This document shows, piece by piece, positions 26,084-34,981 of a stretch of DNA of 36,664 bases. The stretch is from assembly GCA_034722055.1 (NCBI GenBank), contig JAYENL010000132.1:1-36664 (forward strand), in the 5' to 3' direction. Below the pieces are notes generated by a model, which saw only the letters and a program-made list of their open reading frames with translations, ran no database searches and was not told where the DNA came from. The position numbers and the translations under genes were made by a program. The DNA is from Armatimonadota bacterium. Lineage in GTDB: Bacteria > Armatimonadota > Zipacnadia > Zipacnadales > UBA5352. Numbering within the stretch: position 1 is the first letter of the stretch; every line of letters begins with the position of its first letter.

Positions 26084-28424
26084 TCTGCTGGCGATCGGCT
26101 TCATCACCGTCGTCGCTCTGGCGGTGACCTGGCCGGTCACCGTCGGCGGCCGCGCGCTGCTGCCCACCGATCTCTACCTGCTCATCCAGCCCTGGCGCGC
26201 CCACGCACACGAGTTCCACGCCCCCGAGCGGCCCAGCAACCCCATCCTCGACGCCGTCCAGCAGTTCTACCCCTGGCGCCTGCACGCCGGCCGGCAGGTC
26301 AGGGAGGGGCGCATCCCGCTGTGGACCCCGCAGATGCTGTCGGGCACGCCCTTCGTGGCCAACAATCAGTCCGCGGTCTTCTACCCCGAGACCTGGCTGC
26401 ACTACGTCATGGACTCGCTGCAGGCGCTGGGCTGGGCCACGCTGATGTTCCTGGTGGTGGCCGGTGGGTCCATGTACGCCTTTCTGCGCGTCATCGGCTG
26501 CCGACCGGTGGCGGCCAGCATCGGCGGCGTGGCCTTCATGCTCAGCGGCTACTTCGTGGGCTGGATGACCTTCCCGAGCTTCCGCTCCGTCGGCGCCTGG
26601 CTGCCCCTGATGCTGCTGGGCTTCGAGCAGTCCGTCCGCACGCAACGGCCGGCGTGGCTGGCCCTCACCGCTGTCGGCACCGGGATGCAGTTCCTGGCGG
26701 GCAACCTGCATATCTCCATCTACATGCTCCTGGGCTTCGGGGCTTACGTAATTGCTCGCCTCGGCGCCCGGCTGGTGGACGGCGAGGGCAAAGCCAGGGT
26801 GGGCCGAGAGCTGGCGATGGCGGCGGGGGCGGTGGCGCTCGGGGCCATGCTCGCGGGCTGCCAGCTTGGGCCGTCGCTGGAGTTCACGCAGCTCAACTAC
26901 CGCCGAGGCGGCGTGGAGTACGCCACGCAGGTGCATCACGCCCTGGCGCCGCCGCAACTGCTGCTGGGGCTGATGCCCGACATCTTCGGCAACCCCGCCG
27001 ACGGCAATCACTGGGGCGACTACCTTAACACCATCTGGGGCAGGGCGAATCGCGTCTACACCGAGACCGCCTGGTACTTCGGCATCGCCCCGCTGCTGCT
27101 GGGCATCGCCGGCCTCATCGTGCATCCCCGCAGGCAGAGCTGGTTCTGGCTGGCCGTGCTCCTCGGAGCGCTGGGGCTGGCCTTCGGAACGCCCCTGAAT
27201 GCCGTGGTGCGCGCGCTGGTCCCCGGGTACGGGCAGCTTACCGGCATCGGCAGAGCGGTGGTGCTCGCGTGCACGGCCGGGGTGGTGCTGGGGGCCCTGG
27301 GCGCCGAGAGCCTGATGCAGGCCACGGACGAGCGCGCGCTGCGCGTGATCTCGGGCGTGGGCCTGGCGCTGCTGCTGGTGGGGCTGGCGGGGGGGATGGC
27401 GACCTGGGTGTTCACCGGCTCACTGGAGGCGGCCGGCGCGCCACCGGGCCTGGGGACCTACGCGCTGCAGCAGGTGGCGCGCTTCGCTGTGCTGCTGCTG
27501 ATGAGCTGGGCGCTGATCGCCGCCGGACTTGGGGGACGGCGGCATGCGTGGTGCGCCCTGGCGCTACTGGTTGCCATCGACGTGGGCATCTTCGCGCAGC
27601 GCTTCATGCCCGAAGGGCCCACCGAGTACCTGCAGGTCCAGCCTGACGTCGTCGCGGCCATCCACGCCGGCGAGCAGCCCGCCCGCATCGCCACGGTGGG
27701 ACCGGACTTCCTCAACCGCATGGCCCCCAACACCCACATGATCTTCGACCTGCAGTCCATGCAGGGCTCCGAGTCCCTCATCTGGGCGCCCTACCACCGC
27801 CTCCTGCAGGACGCCACCAGCCAGCGATACGGCTTCGAGCAGGTGGACCCCGCGCACCCGTGTCTCGACTGGCTGGCGGTGCGCTGGCTGGTCACGCCGC
27901 TGGAGATCGACCTCCCCGGCTGGCGGCTGCACGGCATCTACGAGACCCGGCTGTATGAGAACCGGCAGGCGCTGCCTCGAGCGTTCGTGCCGCAGGCCAT
28001 CGAGACGCATCCTACGGAGCAGGCCGCCCTCGCATCCGCGGCGGCGGAGCAGGATCCGTGGACGATCCACCTGGCGAGTGATGACACGGCCGCCGCCGGT
28101 CCACCTGAGCCGTGTCCGGGCGAGGCGCGTGTGATTGCCTACGAGCCGAACAGCGTCCGGGTTGACGTCGAGCCGGGCGCGGGCTGGCTGGTGCTGGCCG
28201 ACCCCGCCTATCCGGGGTGGCGGGCCTTCGCCGGTGACAGAGAGCTGCCCATCCTTCGCGCCAACGGCGTCCTGCGGGCGGTGATGCCGCCTGAGGATGC
28301 CTCGGAGGTGCGCTTCGCCTACCTCCCGGCCAGCTTCCGCGTGGGGATGTTCGCCACGCTGCTGGCGCTGGGGGCGCTGGTGGGGATAGGGGTGGCGGTG
28401 GCCGTCGGGAGGTCCCGCGAGTGA
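26052..28424 (+). CDS. YfhO-like multi-pass membrane protein, paralogue 2
   Basis: DAVQQFYPWR, GRIPLWTP..LSGTPF.ANNQSAVFYP, PDIFGNP, YENRQALPRAF, LVLADPAYPGWRA, YLPASFRVG. ATG at 26052 after GGAGGGAG. Confidence 0.82.
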   Translation: MIRVARRWRSDLLAIGFITVVALAVTWPVTVGGRALLPTDLYLLIQPWRAHAHEFHAPERPSNPILDAVQQFYPWRLHAGRQVREGRIPLWTPQMLSGTPFVANNQSAVFYPETWLHYVMDSLQALGWATLMFLVVAGGSMYAFLRVIGCRPVAASIGGVAFMLSGYFVGWMTFPSFRSVGAWLPLMLLGFEQSVRTQRPAWLALTAVGTGMQFLAGNLHISIYMLLGFGAYVIARLGARLVDGEGKARVGRELAMAAGAVALGAMLAGCQLGPSLEFTQLNYRRGGVEYATQVHHALAPPQLLLGLMPDIFGNPADGNHWGDYLNTIWGRANRVYTETAWYFGIAPLLLGIAGLIVHPRRQSWFWLAVLLGALGLAFGTPLNAVVRALVPGYGQLTGIGRAVVLACTAGVVLGALGAESLMQATDERALRVISGVGLALLLVGLAGGMATWVFTGSLEAAGAPPGLGTYALQQVARFAVLLLMSWALIAAGLGGRRHAWCALALLVAIDVGIFAQRFMPEGPTEYLQVQPDVVAAIHAGEQPARIATVGPDFLNRMAPNTHMIFDLQSMQGSESLIWAPYHRLLQDATSQRYGFEQVDPAHPCLDWLAVRWLVTPLEIDLPGWRLHGIYETRLYENRQALPRAFVPQAIETHPTEQAALASAAAEQDPWTIHLASDDTAAAGPPEPCPGEARVIAYEPNSVRVDVEPGAGWLVLADPAYPGWRAFAGDRELPILRANGVLRAVMPPEDASEVRFAYLPASFRVGMFATLLALGALVGIGVAVAVGRSRE

Positions 28425-30058
28425 GCCCGCGGCTGGCGCGCGCCCTGGAGGCGCTGAGCGTCTTCGCGGCGGTCGTGATGGTGCTGGCCGGCACGGCGCA
28501 CAGCTACGGCCTGGGCTATGATGAGCCGGTGTACATGTCGCGCATGCAGGAGGCCGGCGACTGGCTCCGCCTGCTGAGCCTCGACCCGGGGCAGGCGGTC
28601 AGCGACGCCGGTATCCGACCCTTCTGGGATGCGCGCAGCGAGCAGCAGCCGGGCTTCCTGAAGCTGTGGGGCGCCCTCACCACGCCCCTGGTCGCCGGCG
28701 TGCTGCCCACGCTGGCGGCGCTGCGCTTCGGCACCCACCTGCTGGTGGGCGCGCTGTGCGCCAGCCTCTACCTGCTGGTGAGCCCCCTGTGGGGGCGGCT
28801 GGAGGGCGTGGCCGCGGTGGGCGCGCTCCTGACGCTGCCGAGGACCTTCGCCCACAGCCACCTCTTCGCCCTCGACGCTCCGGTGATGGCGGGCAGCTTC
28901 ATCTCCCTGCACATGTTCTACCTGGCGGCGCGCGACCGGAGCTGGTGGTGGGCGGCGGCTGGCTCCCTCGTCTGGGGCATGGCGCTGAGCATCAAGATCA
29001 ACGCCTTCTTCGTGCCGCTGATCGTGGTGCCGTGGCTGGCGCTCTACGCGCGCGACGCGCTCCTGCCGGCGGTGGCCTGCGGCGCCACGCTTGGGCCGCT
29101 GGCCTTCCTGGGCACCTGGCCGTGGCTGTGGCACCACACGCTGGCGCGGCTGGGGGAGTACCTGGCCTTTCACTTCCGCCACTGGCAGATTCACGTCACC
29201 TACTTCGGCCGGCGGATGGCCCCCGCCCCATGGCACTATCCTGTGGTGATGACGCTGATCACCACCCCGGTGGTCACGCTGGCGGCGGCCGTGGCCGGCG
29301 CGGTGCGCATGGCACGTGAGCCGGTAGCGGAGATGGCGGAGGGCCGGCGGGAGCGGTGGTCGGATGAGGGCTATCGCCGCCGAGCGGCGGGGGCGCTGAT
29401 CGGATGGGCGCTGGCCGTCAACTTCATCATGAACTCGCTGCCCAGCACGCCCAAGTACACCGGCGTGCGGCTCTTCCAGCCCGTCTTCCCACTGCTGGCC
29501 TTTGCGGCGGGGATCGGCATCGGCTGGGCGGCGAGGGCGGTCGGCCGGTGGCTCGCCCAGCGCGCTCCCGGCCAGAGCCTTCTGCGACGCGCGGGGCCTG
29601 CGCTGGTGGTGGTGCTGGCGCTGGCCTTGCCGCTGCGCTCGACGGTGGCATGTCATCCCTGGCAGATGAGCTACTACAACCTGCTCATCGGGGGCCTGCC
29701 GGGGGCGGAGCGGGCCGGAATGGAGGTCACGCACTGGGGCGAGACCTACCTTGACGCCGCGCTGTGGCTCAACGAGCACGCCCCTGCCGGCGCCACGGCC
29801 TGGATCGAGCCCCCGGGCGTGGAGGCCACCATGGGCGTCTACCGCGCGCTGGGCATTCTGCGCGCGGACATCGAGACCACCGCCGGGCCGTTCATCCCGG
29901 CGGAGGCCGACTACGCGGTCTTCCAGAATAAGGTCACGGAGTTCACGGACGTCTCGCGGCATCTGCTGGCCACGCAGCCGCCGCGTGCCACCATCGACGT
30001 GCATGGCGTGCCGCTGCTGTTCATATTCGATGTCTCCGAAGAAGGGAAGATACCGTGA
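28421..30058 (+). CDS. ArnT/PMT_2-like GT-C glycosyltransferase
   Basis: GYDEPVY, QPGFLKL, PRTFAHSH..ALDAP, ALSIK, WPWLW, APWHYP, KYTGVR, HPWQMSYYN.LIGGL.GA. Confidence 0.82.
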   Translation: MSPRLARALEALSVFAAVVMVLAGTAHSYGLGYDEPVYMSRMQEAGDWLRLLSLDPGQAVSDAGIRPFWDARSEQQPGFLKLWGALTTPLVAGVLPTLAALRFGTHLLVGALCASLYLLVSPLWGRLEGVAAVGALLTLPRTFAHSHLFALDAPVMAGSFISLHMFYLAARDRSWWWAAAGSLVWGMALSIKINAFFVPLIVVPWLALYARDALLPAVACGATLGPLAFLGTWPWLWHHTLARLGEYLAFHFRHWQIHVTYFGRRMAPAPWHYPVVMTLITTPVVTLAAAVAGAVRMAREPVAEMAEGRRERWSDEGYRRRAAGALIGWALAVNFIMNSLPSTPKYTGVRLFQPVFPLLAFAAGIGIGWAARAVGRWLAQRAPGQSLLRRAGPALVVVLALALPLRSTVACHPWQMSYYNLLIGGLPGAERAGMEVTHWGETYLDAALWLNEHAPAGATAWIEPPGVEATMGVYRALGILRADIETTAGPFIPAEADYAVFQNKVTEFTDVSRHLLATQPPRATIDVHGVPLLFIFDVSEEGKIP

Positions 30059-30582
30059 CCGCACGCATCCCGCTGCCCGAGCCCGTGGGCATACTCATCC
30101 TCGATTGCGACGGGGTTCTGACCGACGGTGGCATGTACTTCGACGCCTCCGGTCAGGCTATGAAGCGCTTCGATGTCAAGGACGGCCTGGCTCTGGTGCG
30201 GCTGGCGGAGATGGAGTTCCCCACCGCCGTGGTCAGCGGGGACCGGTCGCCGATCAGCGGCGCCCGCTGCGAGGTCTTGCGCATCGCCCACGTGGTGCTG
30301 GGCCGCATGGACAAGCGGGAGGCGGTTGAGGAGCTTCTGGCCGAGACGGGCGTGGCCGCCGAGAGCGCGGTGTATATCGGCGACGACATCTCGGACCTGC
30401 CGGCCATGCACATGGTGGGCCTGGGCGTGGCCGTCGCCGATGCGGTGGAGGTGGTCCGGGCGGAGGCGGACTGGGTGACGGAGCGCCCTGGCGGCCAGGG
30501 AGCGGTCCGCGAGGTGTGTGACGCCATCATCGACCAGCTCACCCGGGGCGGCGAGGTCACGGGCGAGCTCCCGGAGTGCTGA
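30055..30582 (+). CDS. KdsC-like HAD phosphatase (KDO-8-P/KDN-9-P phosphatase family)
   Basis: LILDCDGVLTDG, KRFDVKDG, VSG, YIGDDISDLP, GGQGAVRE. Confidence 0.88.
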   Translation: MTARIPLPEPVGILILDCDGVLTDGGMYFDASGQAMKRFDVKDGLALVRLAEMEFPTAVVSGDRSPISGARCEVLRIAHVVLGRMDKREAVEELLAETGVAAESAVYIGDDISDLPAMHMVGLGVAVADAVEVVRAEADWVTERPGGQGAVREVCDAIIDQLTRGGEVTGELPEC

Positions 30583-30583
30583 C

Positions 30584-31537
30584 ATGGACCTGTCAATCTG
30601 CATCGTGTCGTACAACTGCCGGCGGCTGCTGAGTCGCTGCCTGGAGAGCATCCGCGAGCACTCCGGGCGACTCTCCGTCGAGGTGATCGTGGCCGACAAC
30701 GCCTCCACCGACGGCACGCCGCAGATGGTGCGGGAGCGCTTCCCGGAGGCCATCGTCCTCGCCAACGAGGAGAATCGCGGCTTCGCCGGCGGCACGAACC
30801 AGGCCATGCGGCGGGCGTCGGGCGACGTGCTGCTGATGCTCAATCCCGACACGGAGGTGCAGGCCGGCACGCTGCCCTACCTCACCCGCTTTCTGCACGA
30901 GCGGCCCGAGGCCGGCGCCGCGGGGCCCGCCGTCTACGGCCCCGACGGGAGCCTGCAGCACACCTGCCATCACTTCCCGACGCTGTGGCTGTCGGTGGTA
31001 GCGCAGCTCGGTCTGCATCGCCTCCTGCCCGGCACGCGCACCTTCGGCGCCTACGACATGACCTGGTGGTCGCATGACGAGCCCCGGCGGGTGGACTGGC
31101 TGTCGGGAGCCTGCATCGCGACCCGGCGTGATGTTTTCGAGCACGTGGGAGCCCTCGACGAGGGCTACTTCATGTACTCCGAGGACGTCGATTGGTGCTA
31201 CCGCCTCTCGAAGGCCGGCTACGAGCGCTGGTACCTCCCGGACGTGCGCATCATCCATCACGAGGCCGGGAGCTGGGAGGGGGCGCCGCAGGAGCGCATC
31301 CTGGCCGCCCACCGTGCCAACTTCCGCTTCTTCGGCAAGCACTACGGGGACGCCTCGGAGATCGTGGCGCGCTTCATCGTCGCCTGGGGTGCCTCGGCGC
31401 GCGGCAACTTCTGGACCATCCTGGGGCCGGTGCTGGGCGATCGCGAGGGGGTCATGACCGACGCCGACACGCACTTCCGCGTGGTGGAGCTGGCCACGGA
31501 TTTCGACGAGACCTACCGGGCGAGAGGTGGCGCATAG
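30584..31537 (+). CDS. GT2 glycosyltransferase (WbbL-like)
   Basis: LSICIVSYN, DNASTDGT, NRGFAGGTN, LNPD, VDWLSGAC, DEGYFMYSEDVDWC. Confidence 0.92.
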   Translation: MDLSICIVSYNCRRLLSRCLESIREHSGRLSVEVIVADNASTDGTPQMVRERFPEAIVLANEENRGFAGGTNQAMRRASGDVLLMLNPDTEVQAGTLPYLTRFLHERPEAGAAGPAVYGPDGSLQHTCHHFPTLWLSVVAQLGLHRLLPGTRTFGAYDMTWWSHDEPRRVDWLSGACIATRRDVFEHVGALDEGYFMYSEDVDWCYRLSKAGYERWYLPDVRIIHHEAGSWEGAPQERILAAHRANFRFFGKHYGDASEIVARFIVAWGASARGNFWTILGPVLGDREGVMTDADTHFRVVELATDFDETYRARGGA

Positions 31538-32624
31538 GCGCGTGCGCATCGCGCAGCTCACCTACAGCTACCTGCCCATCACGGGCGGGGCCGATGCCTA
31601 CGCCGAGCAGCTCCGCCTGACGCTGGAGGGCGCGGGCCATGATACGGTCGTCTACCAGCGCTGGACGGAGAGTGACGACGATCGCACAGTTCGTCTCCCA
31701 CGTGTGCCCTGGCCGCTGAGCGCCAGGGAGTTCTGGGTGCTGCCCTATGTGCTCATGCTCCGCCGGCGGGAGCTGCAGCGCTACGACGTCCTCATCGGTC
31801 ACTACCCGCAGTACTGCCGCCCGGCGCGCTTCCACCCCCGCGTCATCGGCCTCTCCCACGGCGTCACCTGGGACGACGCTCCCGGCACCGCCCGCGCGCG
31901 GCACAAGCGGCGGTGGGCGCGGTGGGCCTTCGAGAGCTGCGCCCGATACGTCGCCAATGACACCTTCTTCCTGCGTGAGATGGGCCTGCACATTTCCGCC
32001 GGTAGCGACGGCTTTCGCGAGGTCGCGCCGGGCCGGTGGTACATCCCCAACTGCGTGGACGAGCGCGTGTTCTCACCGGAGGCGGAGGCGGATCCCCGGG
32101 CCGAGACGGCGTTCCTGGTGCCGCGCAACATCTATCACAACCGCGGCGTGGACCTGGCCGTGGCGGCCTTCGGGCGCATCGCCGGGGAGCTGGCCGGGGC
32201 CCGGATGGTGGTCGCCGGCGCCCCGTCGCAGGCGGCGGCCGTGGAGGCTGTGGAGCGCGAGATCCAGCGCGGCGGCCTGCAGGGGCGCGTGGAGATGCTG
32301 GGGTCGGTGCCCTGGGAGCAGATGCCGGGACTTTACACCGGCGCTCGGGTCACGGTCATCCCCTCACGCTGCGGCGAGGGCACATCGCTGGCGGCCCTGG
32401 AGAGCATGGCCTGCGGGACGCCCGTGGTAGCCACCGACGCCGGTGGCCTGCCGGACGTCCCGGCCCTGCACGCCGAGGTCTCCAGCGAGAGCCTCGCCGA
32501 ACGGATGCTTCAGGCCTGGCGCGACGCCGGGGCTCTCGGCGAGAGCCAGCGCCGGGAGACGCTTCGGCGGCACAGCCGGCAGCGCTGGGAGCGCTGCTGG
32601 CTGGAGGTGGTGGGGCGCTGGTGA
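31527..32624 (+). CDS. GT4 glycosyltransferase
   Basis: LPITGGA, YIPNCVD, PSRCGEGTSLAALESMACGTPVVATDAGGL. Confidence 0.92.
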   Translation: MAHRRVRIAQLTYSYLPITGGADAYAEQLRLTLEGAGHDTVVYQRWTESDDDRTVRLPRVPWPLSAREFWVLPYVLMLRRRELQRYDVLIGHYPQYCRPARFHPRVIGLSHGVTWDDAPGTARARHKRRWARWAFESCARYVANDTFFLREMGLHISAGSDGFREVAPGRWYIPNCVDERVFSPEAEADPRAETAFLVPRNIYHNRGVDLAVAAFGRIAGELAGARMVVAGAPSQAAAVEAVEREIQRGGLQGRVEMLGSVPWEQMPGLYTGARVTVIPSRCGEGTSLAALESMACGTPVVATDAGGLPDVPALHAEVSSESLAERMLQAWRDAGALGESQRRETLRRHSRQRWERCWLEVVGRW

Positions 32625-33502
32625 CCCCGGAGCTGTCCGTGTGCATCGTGAGCTGGAACACACGGGACCTGCTGGACGAGTGTCTGGACAGCATCCGCGA
32701 GGCGGCGGACGCCGTCTCCCGAGAGGTCATCGTGGTGGACAACGCCTCCAGCGACGGCAGCGCGGACATGGTCCGCGCCGGGCATCCGGAGGTGACGCTT
32801 ATCGCCAACGACGAGAACGTCGGCTACGCGGCGGCGAACAACCAGGCTATCGAGCGGGCCAGTGGCAACTATGTGTTGCTGCTGAACCCCGACATCGTGG
32901 TGCATCCCGGCGCCCTCGACGCGCTCGCCAACGCCCTGGACCGCCGCTCGCAGGCGGGGGCGGTGGCCCCGCGGCTCATCCTGCCCGATGGCAGCGTGCA
33001 GGCGAGCTGCCGTAACTTCCCGACCCCGGACGTGGTGCTCTACGAGGCGCTGGGGTTCAGCCGCCTGTTCCCGCGCAGCCGGGTCTTCGGCAAGTACCGC
33101 ATGACCTGGTGGAACTACGATGAGGAGCGCACCGTCGATCAGCCCATGGCGTCCGCCCTGCTGCTGCGCGGCGAGGCCATCGCGGAGGTGGGCGGGATGG
33201 ACGAGAGCTTCCCGATGTTCTTCAACGATGTCGATCTGTGCAAGCGGCTGTGGGACGCCGACTGGGAGGTATGGTTCACTCCCCGGGCCTCAATGGATCA
33301 CGTCGGCGGCGCCGCGACTGCACAGGCGCGCCGGCGCATGCTCATCGAGTCCCACCGGAGCTTCGTTCGATTCTATGAGAAGCACTACCGTGGCCGGCTT
33401 CCGCGCTGGCAGTACCTGGCTGCGCTGATGCTCCTCGGCATGGGCTATCGCGTGCGTCTGGCCCTGCTCAGCCTGCGCGGCGAGGGTGGATCGGGGCGCT
33501 GA
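32621..33502 (+). CDS. GT2 glycosyltransferase (WbbL-like), paralogue of 30584-31537
   Basis: LSVCIVSWN, DNASSDGS, NVGYAAANN, LLNPD, VDQPMASA, DESFPMFFNDVDLC. GTG overlaps the upstream stop. Confidence 0.92.
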   Translation: MTPELSVCIVSWNTRDLLDECLDSIREAADAVSREVIVVDNASSDGSADMVRAGHPEVTLIANDENVGYAAANNQAIERASGNYVLLLNPDIVVHPGALDALANALDRRSQAGAVAPRLILPDGSVQASCRNFPTPDVVLYEALGFSRLFPRSRVFGKYRMTWWNYDEERTVDQPMASALLLRGEAIAEVGGMDESFPMFFNDVDLCKRLWDADWEVWFTPRASMDHVGGAATAQARRRMLIESHRSFVRFYEKHYRGRLPRWQYLAALMLLGMGYRVRLALLSLRGEGGSGR

Positions 33503-33650
33503 TGGGGCAAGGTCATAGGAGGGCGTTGGCCCCGCGCCGTGGAATACCCAAGAGCAGTGGAGTCTCGGCGCCACGACCACGCAGCGACGGAGGATGTGTG
33601 GCCGCGGGGGAACAAGAGCGGGGCTTCCGGGGAGCAGGGAGGCAGCGCAG

Positions 33651-34937
33651 GTGCAGATTACCCAGTCCGGGCGTTCAGATCGCGAGGGTGAGGGATCGCG
33701 GCGATCACTGCTGATAGCAGCCGTTGTGCTTCTCGGGCTCATACTGCTGCTGGCGATCACGGCTCGGTCCCTGGAGCTGGGGGTTGGCGAACGCATAGCC
33801 TTCCCCGTCGCCATGATTTCCGCTACCGCACTGCTGCTTGTAGCGCTGGTCCTGGCGGGCGCTCATGGGGTGGGGGAGCGGTTGGACGACGAGGAGCAGT
33901 GCCTGCGCCATGTCCTTCTGCCGGCGGTGCTGGTGAACGCTGACAGCAAGCGAGTGCTCGCGGCGAATGAGGAGGCCGCTGAGCTGCTCGGCCCGGGCAA
34001 TGTGACGGTTGGCGCGCACTTCTCGGAGCTGCTGGGCAGCGATAGCTCCGAGCGGACGGCGGAGATTATCGCCGCGGCGCTGGAGAGCGGGTGGACCGAC
34101 GTTGACGCCTGCACCGTCCGCACCCGCTCGGGCGCCACCCGGGTGATGCGCCTGAAGGCGACGCCGTGCCGGGTGGAGGGCCTGGAGCACGTCGTGGTGG
34201 GCTTCGCCGGTAACGATGTCAGCCAGACGGTGGCCGCCTTCGCGCGGGTGCAGGAGCGGCTGATGTCGAACATCAGCCATGAGCTGCGCACTCCGCTGAA
34301 TGTGGTGATGGGCTTCTCCGAGCTGCTGACCACCGGCACGCTGGGCGAGCTTGCCGAGAACCAGCTCGACGCCGCCCAGGAGTGCCACCACGGTGGCGAG
34401 CGGATCCTGATGCTCGTCAATGACATCCTCGACATCGGCCGGGGGCGCAGCTACTACATGGCGGGCGAGGCGCAGCCGGTCAACCCCGGCGAGATGATAC
34501 GCCGGATGCAGACGCTCCTGGTCGGCCAGGCTCGTCGGGAGGATGTCGGCATCGGGACCCGCACGCCGGACGACCTCCCCGAGGTGGACGTGGAGGAGCG
34601 CCCCTTCAAGCAGCTCCTGTATCACATGTTGCTGCACGCCCTCGATCGCAGCCGGGAGGGCGGGATCGTCCAGGTCAGCGTCGAGACTGATGGGGCACTG
34701 ACCATCTCAGTCACCGACAGCGGGCCCCCCGTCTCGCCCGGCGACCTGCAACCGCGAAAGCTCCCCTCCGTGGACGAGGAGGCCGCCAGGCACAAGCTTG
34801 CACCACCGCTGCTCGGCCTTCCGCTGTGCGCCACGCTGGCTGAGAGGCTCGGCGGCAGACTCGAGGCGCACACCGACGCCGACGGCACACACCTTCGCTT
34901 CATATTGCCCCTGTCCGAGGCCGCAGAGGGTCAGTGA
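33651..34937 (+). CDS. Membrane PAS-HisKA histidine kinase-like protein with degenerate ATPase domain
   Basis: Two TM helices, PAS-like ANEEAAELLG, H-box ISHELRTPLNVVMGFSELL, LVNDILD. GTG at 33651 after GGGAGG. Confidence 0.85.
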   Translation: MQITQSGRSDREGEGSRRSLLIAAVVLLGLILLLAITARSLELGVGERIAFPVAMISATALLLVALVLAGAHGVGERLDDEEQCLRHVLLPAVLVNADSKRVLAANEEAAELLGPGNVTVGAHFSELLGSDSSERTAEIIAAALESGWTDVDACTVRTRSGATRVMRLKATPCRVEGLEHVVVGFAGNDVSQTVAAFARVQERLMSNISHELRTPLNVVMGFSELLTTGTLGELAENQLDAAQECHHGGERILMLVNDILDIGRGRSYYMAGEAQPVNPGEMIRRMQTLLVGQARREDVGIGTRTPDDLPEVDVEERPFKQLLYHMLLHALDRSREGGIVQVSVETDGALTISVTDSGPPVSPGDLQPRKLPSVDEEAARHKLAPPLLGLPLCATLAERLGGRLEAHTDADGTHLRFILPLSEAAEGQ

Positions 34938-34981
34938 CGTGCTGTCCTCCCCGGCAGGACGGGGAGAGGGAGCGGCACCAC

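Noticed and set aside
27389..27395. G7 run in YfhO paralogue 2 as a phase-variable tract
   Set aside because: Too short to stand out in GC-rich sequence.
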